Shown piece after piece: positions 18,993 to 23,246 of a stretch of DNA of 23,246 nt. The notes beneath the pieces were generated by a model. That model was given only the letters and a program-made list of their open reading frames with translations. It did no database searches and was not told where the DNA came from. The first letter of the stretch is position 1, and each line of letters starts with the position of its first letter. Origin of the DNA: an uncultured Verrucomicrobiales bacterium (GTDB lineage Bacteria > Verrucomicrobiota > Verrucomicrobiia > Verrucomicrobiales > DEV007); NCBI GenBank assembly GCA_938091905.1, contig CALKOM010000054.1:1-23246 (forward strand). The letters are read 5' to 3'. The translations under genes and the position numbers were made by a program.

Positions 18993-20462
18993 ATGAAGTA
19001 CGTTCTTGTCACCTCCCTTTTCCTTATGTGGTCTACCGTCATGTCGCTACGGGCGAATCATCACGCCGAGCCCGAAGCTCTACCACTTTGGCCAGACGGG
19101 GCCCCTGGTGCCATCGGAAATGAGCCCAAAGACATTCCCAGCGTTCAAGCCTATTTGCCGAAAGGCGCAAACGCTCCTGCAGCCGCCGTCGTCGTGTGTC
19201 CAGGAGGAGGCTACGGTGGTTTAGCTCGCCACGAAGGGCATGACTATGCGTTGTGGCTGAACAAGCATGGCCTTGCCGCCTTCGTCTTGAAATATCGCCT
19301 GGGCACCAAAGGTTATCGACATCCCATCATGGTGAATGACGCCGCGCGCTGCGTCCGCATGGTCCGTGCGTCGTCCGAAAAATGGAAGATCGATCCCAAT
19401 CGTGTCGCCATCATGGGATCCTCCGCTGGAGGACATCTTGCGAGCACGCTCCTAACACACTTCGACGCCGGCAATCCTAGCGCAGATGATCCAATCGAGA
19501 AGCAATCTTCCCGGCCAGATCTCGGCATTCTTTGTTACCCCGTCATCAGCATGGGCCCGTGGTCTCACGGCGGCTCCCGTCGCAATTTGTTAGGAGACAA
19601 ACCTGATCCCAAACTCATCTGGGATCTTTCTAATGAACTCCAAGTCACCACAGAAACACCTCCGACCTTCCTGTGGCACACGGCTGAAGACAAAGCGGTT
19701 CCTCTAGAGAACAGCCTGATGTTCGCCAACGCCCTTCAGAAAGCGGGCGTTCCGCTAGACCTCCACGTTTACCAGAATGGCCGTCATGGTATCGGTCTAG
19801 CAAACGAGCACCCCTGGACGAAAGACCTTCTCTTCTTTCTCCAAGAACGCGGCTTTGCAGAGAAGCCCTGGACTAGCCTCTTCTCCGACGCTTCCCTCAA
19901 AAATGCCAATGCACCTGAAGGTGTATGGAGTGTGAATAGCGAAGGCGTGCTCACCGCTTCTGAGGATCAGGCCATTTGGACAACGCAGCAGCATGACAAT
20001 TTCATCATCGACCTCGAATTCATGACAGCCGCTGGCACCAACAGTGGTGTCATTGTTTATTGTAGCGATACGAAGAACTGGATTCCCAACTCGGTAGAGA
20101 TCCAGATCGCCGATGACCATTCCGAACAGTGGTCTAAAGCCGACCGAACTTGCCAGAATGCCGCTTTCTTCGGCCACAAGGCGTCAACCAAATCCACTGT
20201 GAAGAAACCAGGCGAATGGAACCACTACACCATTACGTGCCAAGACCACCAGATCACCATCGTCCTCAACGGCGAGAAAGTGAATGAAATGGACCTGCGT
20301 CAGTGGACCTCTGCCAAGCAGAATCCCGATGGCAGTGACATCCCTAGCTGGTTGACCAAGCCTAAGTCCGAACTGCCAACCAAAGGATACATAGGCCTTC
20401 AAGGCAAGCATGCCGGCGCGCCAATCTACTATCGCAACATCAAACTTAAGGTCCTAAACTAA
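18993..20462 (+). CDS. Exported fusion of an alpha/beta-hydrolase (carbohydrate esterase-like) and a DUF1080 (3-keto-disaccharide hydrolase-like) domain
   Basis: Signal peptide; [35 protein letters not shown]; then [39 protein letters not shown]. Confidence 0.85.
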   Translation: MKYVLVTSLFLMWSTVMSLRANHHAEPEALPLWPDGAPGAIGNEPKDIPSVQAYLPKGANAPAAAVVVCPGGGYGGLARHEGHDYALWLNKHGLAAFVLKYRLGTKGYRHPIMVNDAARCVRMVRASSEKWKIDPNRVAIMGSSAGGHLASTLLTHFDAGNPSADDPIEKQSSRPDLGILCYPVISMGPWSHGGSRRNLLGDKPDPKLIWDLSNELQVTTETPPTFLWHTAEDKAVPLENSLMFANALQKAGVPLDLHVYQNGRHGIGLANEHPWTKDLLFFLQERGFAEKPWTSLFSDASLKNANAPEGVWSVNSEGVLTASEDQAIWTTQQHDNFIIDLEFMTAAGTNSGVIVYCSDTKNWIPNSVEIQIADDHSEQWSKADRTCQNAAFFGHKASTKSTVKKPGEWNHYTITCQDHQITIVLNGEKVNEMDLRQWTSAKQNPDGSDIPSWLTKPKSELPTKGYIGLQGKHAGAPIYYRNIKLKVLN

Positions 20463-20463
20463 T

Positions 20464-21366
20464 TTGAGCACGGAACCCATCCGTTACTTCAATCGCGCGA
20501 GCGGTGAACTCGAAACAGAAGCCGTCTACGGAGAAGGCTTCCTGCGTTGGACCTATGAGAATCCGCTAGGCAAGCTCTCGCTGGAGGCCATGGTCAAGCG
20601 CGCAGGCTTCTCGCGTTGGTATGGCTGGCGCATGGACAAGCCCACCAGCGCAAGCAAAGTCCTGCCATTCATCGAACAGTATGGGCTGAATCCCGCAGAA
20701 TTCGCCGATTCGCCAGAGAGTTTTGATAGCTTCAACGAGTTCTTCTACCGCAAACTCAACGAGTCCGCTCGTCCCGTCGCCGCCAAAGACGACGTTGTGG
20801 TGTTCCCTGCCGATGGCCGCCACTTTGGGTTTCCCAACATTGGAGCGATGGACAGCTTTTATGTGAAAGGGCAACGCTTCGATCTCAGTAGCTTCCTCCA
20901 GGACCCAAAGCTAACCGAACGCTACACCGGCGGCACCCTCCTCTTCTCGCGCCTCTGCCCCGTAGACTATCATCGTTTCCATTTCCCGATTGGAGGCATA
21001 CCAGACAATCTTCGCCTGATCCCAGGAGCGCTCTATTCTGTCAACCCACTAGCACTCCGCCAGCGACTTGCCTACCTCTGGGAGAACAAGCGAGCCATCA
21101 CTGCGATCCAGTCACGTCAGTTTGGCCAAGTCCTCATGTGCCCTGTCGGCGCCACCTGCGTAGGGAGCATTAAGCCCACCTACAAATCAAACGCGCCGAT
21201 GAAGAAAGGCGATGAAATGGGGTATTTCGCGTTTGGAGGTTCTTCGACCATTCTTCTCTTTGAGCCGAACACGGTGACACTTAGCGAGGATCTGGTTGAG
21301 TGGACAAGCAAGGGAACGGAACTGTATGCAAAGATGGGTGAAGAGTGCGCCCGCGCACTGATCTAG
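20464..21366 (+). CDS. psd: Phosphatidylserine decarboxylase proenzyme
   Basis: SFNEFFYRKL, PADG, RLCPVDYHRFHFP, YSVNP, ENKR, VGATCVGSI and the self-cleavage region GYFAFGGSST. Confidence 0.92.
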   Translation: MSTEPIRYFNRASGELETEAVYGEGFLRWTYENPLGKLSLEAMVKRAGFSRWYGWRMDKPTSASKVLPFIEQYGLNPAEFADSPESFDSFNEFFYRKLNESARPVAAKDDVVVFPADGRHFGFPNIGAMDSFYVKGQRFDLSSFLQDPKLTERYTGGTLLFSRLCPVDYHRFHFPIGGIPDNLRLIPGALYSVNPLALRQRLAYLWENKRAITAIQSRQFGQVLMCPVGATCVGSIKPTYKSNAPMKKGDEMGYFAFGGSSTILLFEPNTVTLSEDLVEWTSKGTELYAKMGEECARALI

Positions 21367-21635
21367 AAGAATGTCTCCACAATCCACCAAGTCAATGCGA
21401 GACCTAACAGAAGGCCACTGATAAGCCAAGTCCACTCAACAAGACCGGTAGCCTCGACCTGGGGGGGCTCCGATCGGTGGCGAGGGTTTCCCTGAGGAGA
21501 CATCACCTCTGGCTTCATCAATCGCTTCTCCTTGGGGGCTACTGGAGCATCCTCCTCATGACCGTCGACCGCGCGTGTGCCCGCCCGGTCGACGTGTTTG
21601 AGAAGGACTTCGAACTCAGCAGGCTCCTTAGACAT
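21363..21635 (-). CDS. Hypothetical protein with a C-terminal transmembrane anchor
   Basis: 90 aa with a polar N-terminus and C-terminal WTWLISGLLLGLALTWWIV. The ATG is 5 nt after the metY stop. Confidence 0.6.
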   Translation of the reverse strand: MSKEPAEFEVLLKHVDRAGTRAVDGHEEDAPVAPKEKRLMKPEVMSPQGNPRHRSEPPQVEATGLVEWTWLISGLLLGLALTWWIVETFF

Positions 21636-21640
21636 AAGCG

Positions 21641-22924
21641 TTAGTCCACAGCCAAACTGAGGGCCTGGTCGATGTCTGCGAGAATATCATCAATGTGCTC
21701 GATCCCCACAGAAAGGCGAATCAGCTCTGGCTTGATGCCGCCAGCAGCCTGCTGTTCGGCCGTGAGCTGGCTGTGCGTAGTCGTGGCGGGATGAATAGCG
21801 AGACTCTTCGCATCACCCACATTGGCAAGATGCGAGAAGAGCGTAAGCCCTTCGATGAACTTCGATCCAGCCTCAGCGCCACCCTTGATCCCGAAGACGA
21901 CCATGGACCCACCTTTGCCATTCAGATACTTATCATTCAGTGCAGCCTGCAAATCTCCTTCTAGGCCAGGGAATCTCACCCATTCGACAGCGGGATGCGC
22001 ACTGAGATGTTTTGCCACGGCGAGCGAGTTCTCACAATGCCGCTCCATCCGAAGAGGCAGCGTCTCGATCCCTTGGAGAAACTGCCAGGCATTGTCGGGA
22101 GCAATACACGCCCCCAGGTTTCGCAAGGGCACCGTACGCATTCTCAGAATATAGGCGAGCGGCGCCAGCGGCTCCGGCAGGTCATGCCCCCACCGCAGGC
22201 CGTGGTAAGAAGCGTCCGGCTCATCATAGAGAGGAAACTTGCCGTTGTTCCATGGGAACTTGCCAGAGTCGACCACGATGCCACCAATCCCAGTGCCATG
22301 ACCTCCAAACCACTTCGTCAATGAATGCACCACAATGTCAGCGCCGTGCTCAATCGGGCGCGTAAGGTATGGCGTGGAGAACGTGCTATCAACAATCAAC
22401 GGCAACCCATGCTTGTGCGCAATGTCAGCAATCGCTTCCAGGTCGGCTACATCCAGCCCAGGGTTGCTAACAGTCTCACAGAAGAGCGCCTTGGTGTTCT
22501 CGGTGATCGCCGCCTCGAAATTAGCCGGATCGTTAGGATCCACAAGGTTCACCTTGATGCCCAGATTGGGCAAGATGTCATTGAATTGGGTGAAGCTCCC
22601 CCCATAAAGATTGTTTGCTGAAACGATCTCGTCACCCGCCTTCGCCAGGTTGATGATCGCGTAGAAGATGGCACTCGTTCCGGAGGCGACCGCCAGCGCC
22701 GCCGCACCTCCCTCCAATTGAGCCACCCGCTGCTCCAGTGCATCGTGCGTGGGGTTCATCAGGCGCGTGTAGATATTCCCCAACTCTCTCAAGCCGAACA
22801 GATTGGCCGCGTGTTCTGTACTATTAAACACGAAAGAACTCGTGCGATAAATAGGAACGGCGCGGGCATTCGTCGCCGAGTCAGGCTGGTGTCCGCCATG
22901 GAGGCAAGTGGTCTCAAGTTTCAT
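21641..22924 (-). CDS. metY: O-acetylhomoserine aminocarboxypropyltransferase (sulfhydrylase)
   Basis: IYTRLMNPT, LYGG, DSTF, PLP-lysine motif HSLTKW, HLANVGDAKSLAIHPATTTHSQL, IRLSVGIE. Start at MKLETTCLHGG (22924). Confidence 0.93.
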   Translation of the reverse strand: MKLETTCLHGGHQPDSATNARAVPIYRTSSFVFNSTEHAANLFGLRELGNIYTRLMNPTHDALEQRVAQLEGGAAALAVASGTSAIFYAIINLAKAGDEIVSANNLYGGSFTQFNDILPNLGIKVNLVDPNDPANFEAAITENTKALFCETVSNPGLDVADLEAIADIAHKHGLPLIVDSTFSTPYLTRPIEHGADIVVHSLTKWFGGHGTGIGGIVVDSGKFPWNNGKFPLYDEPDASYHGLRWGHDLPEPLAPLAYILRMRTVPLRNLGACIAPDNAWQFLQGIETLPLRMERHCENSLAVAKHLSAHPAVEWVRFPGLEGDLQAALNDKYLNGKGGSMVVFGIKGGAEAGSKFIEGLTLFSHLANVGDAKSLAIHPATTTHSQLTAEQQAAGGIKPELIRLSVGIEHIDDILADIDQALSLAVD

Positions 22925-22948
22925 TAGAAATAAGTGTCTGTGCGAGTT

Positions 22949-23033
22949 TAGAGGTTCATTCTGGGCATCCTTGTGATCCCCGGCCTTCGTCTTACGGAGG
23001 GATTGCCAGATGAGCAAGTCCGATCCTCTACCT
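22949..23033 (-). ncRNA. SAM-I-clan riboswitch-like element, apparently 5'-truncated
   Basis: The minus strand reads AGGUAGAGGAUCGGACUUGCUCAUCU-GGCAAUCC...AAGGAUGCC-CAGAAUGAACC. This resembles SAM-I P2 (AGGUGGAGGGACUGGCCCGAUGAAACCU), P3 (GGCAACC...AAGGUGCC) and the 3' strand of P1, and it lies directly upstream of metY. Confidence 0.55.
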
Positions 23034-23246
23034 TAGGCGGACGCATTAAAGCGGCCAACAAATACATGAACTTATATTGAACCCTAGGGTTCGAGGTAAT
23101 GTGAAAAGAGATGGTAGAAAGCTATCGAGTGCTGAGCAATTGTTGCAGCGTCAGAATGCGGTGAACATGTTCTTTGAGGAGGGCTATTCCAAAACTGATA
23201 TTGCTCTCGCCCTCGGCGCTTCAAGGCAGAATGTATGTCGTTGGTG
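23034..23246 (+). mobile_element. Left end of an IS630-family insertion sequence (partial)
   Basis: IS630-like transposase N-terminus from 23101 and an AT-richer leader. A candidate TA target lies at 23034-23035; the exact end is inferred. Confidence 0.6.
23101..23246 (+). CDS. IS630-family transposase N-terminus (HTH), partial
   Basis: Not in the ORF track. GAGGT then GTG gives MKRDGRKLSSAEQLLQRQNAVNMFFEEGYSKTDIALALGASRQNVCRW, matching the DGRKL...IA..LG.SR..V.RW pattern of IS630 HTH domains. Confidence 0.75.
   Translation, partial: MKRDGRKLSSAEQLLQRQNAVNMFFEEGYSKTDIALALGASRQNVCRW

Noticed and set aside
22925..23017. 31-aa N-terminal extension of MetY in the ORF track
   Set aside because: Family similarity starts at MKLETTCLHGG, and the extension overlaps the structured leader. 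Similar extensions of glpK, alaS, the VOC gene and the Gfo/Idh/MocA gene were also trimmed.
1..23246. CRISPR array, rRNA/tRNA genes, prophage or defence-system genes
   Set aside because: No regularly spaced repeats, structural RNA genes, or phage/defence motifs were seen.

Overview
A mostly housekeeping and metabolic bacterial window; the gene mix and protein style suggest Verrucomicrobiota (inference only). Left to right: a secreted FG-GAP/VCBS-repeat protein cut by the window edge; a small membrane protein; an MFS transporter pseudogene with an attenuator-like leader; glpK-glpF; an operon of a PerR-like regulator with sufC-sufB-sufD, preceded by two tandem Per-box-like operators; an operon encoding a Tat-exported Gfo/Idh/MocA protein, a HEAT-repeat protein and an O-methyltransferase; an M32 carboxypeptidase; a VOC protein; two more decayed genes; alaS; an esterase-DUF1080 fusion with psd; a small tail-anchored protein; metY with a SAM-I-like leader; and the start of an IS630-family transposase. 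Most notable: (1) the regulator heading the suf operon has an Asp-to-Cys swap in the PerR metal site and is a candidate Fe-S sensor, with its probable operator visible; (2) the SAM-I-like riboswitch appears cut by an IS630 insertion; (3) a candidate attenuator lies upstream of the MFS gene; (4) the exported Gfo/Idh/MocA protein lacks its usual catalytic residues; (5) several genes are decaying. All calls come from reading motifs by eye; no database searches were run.
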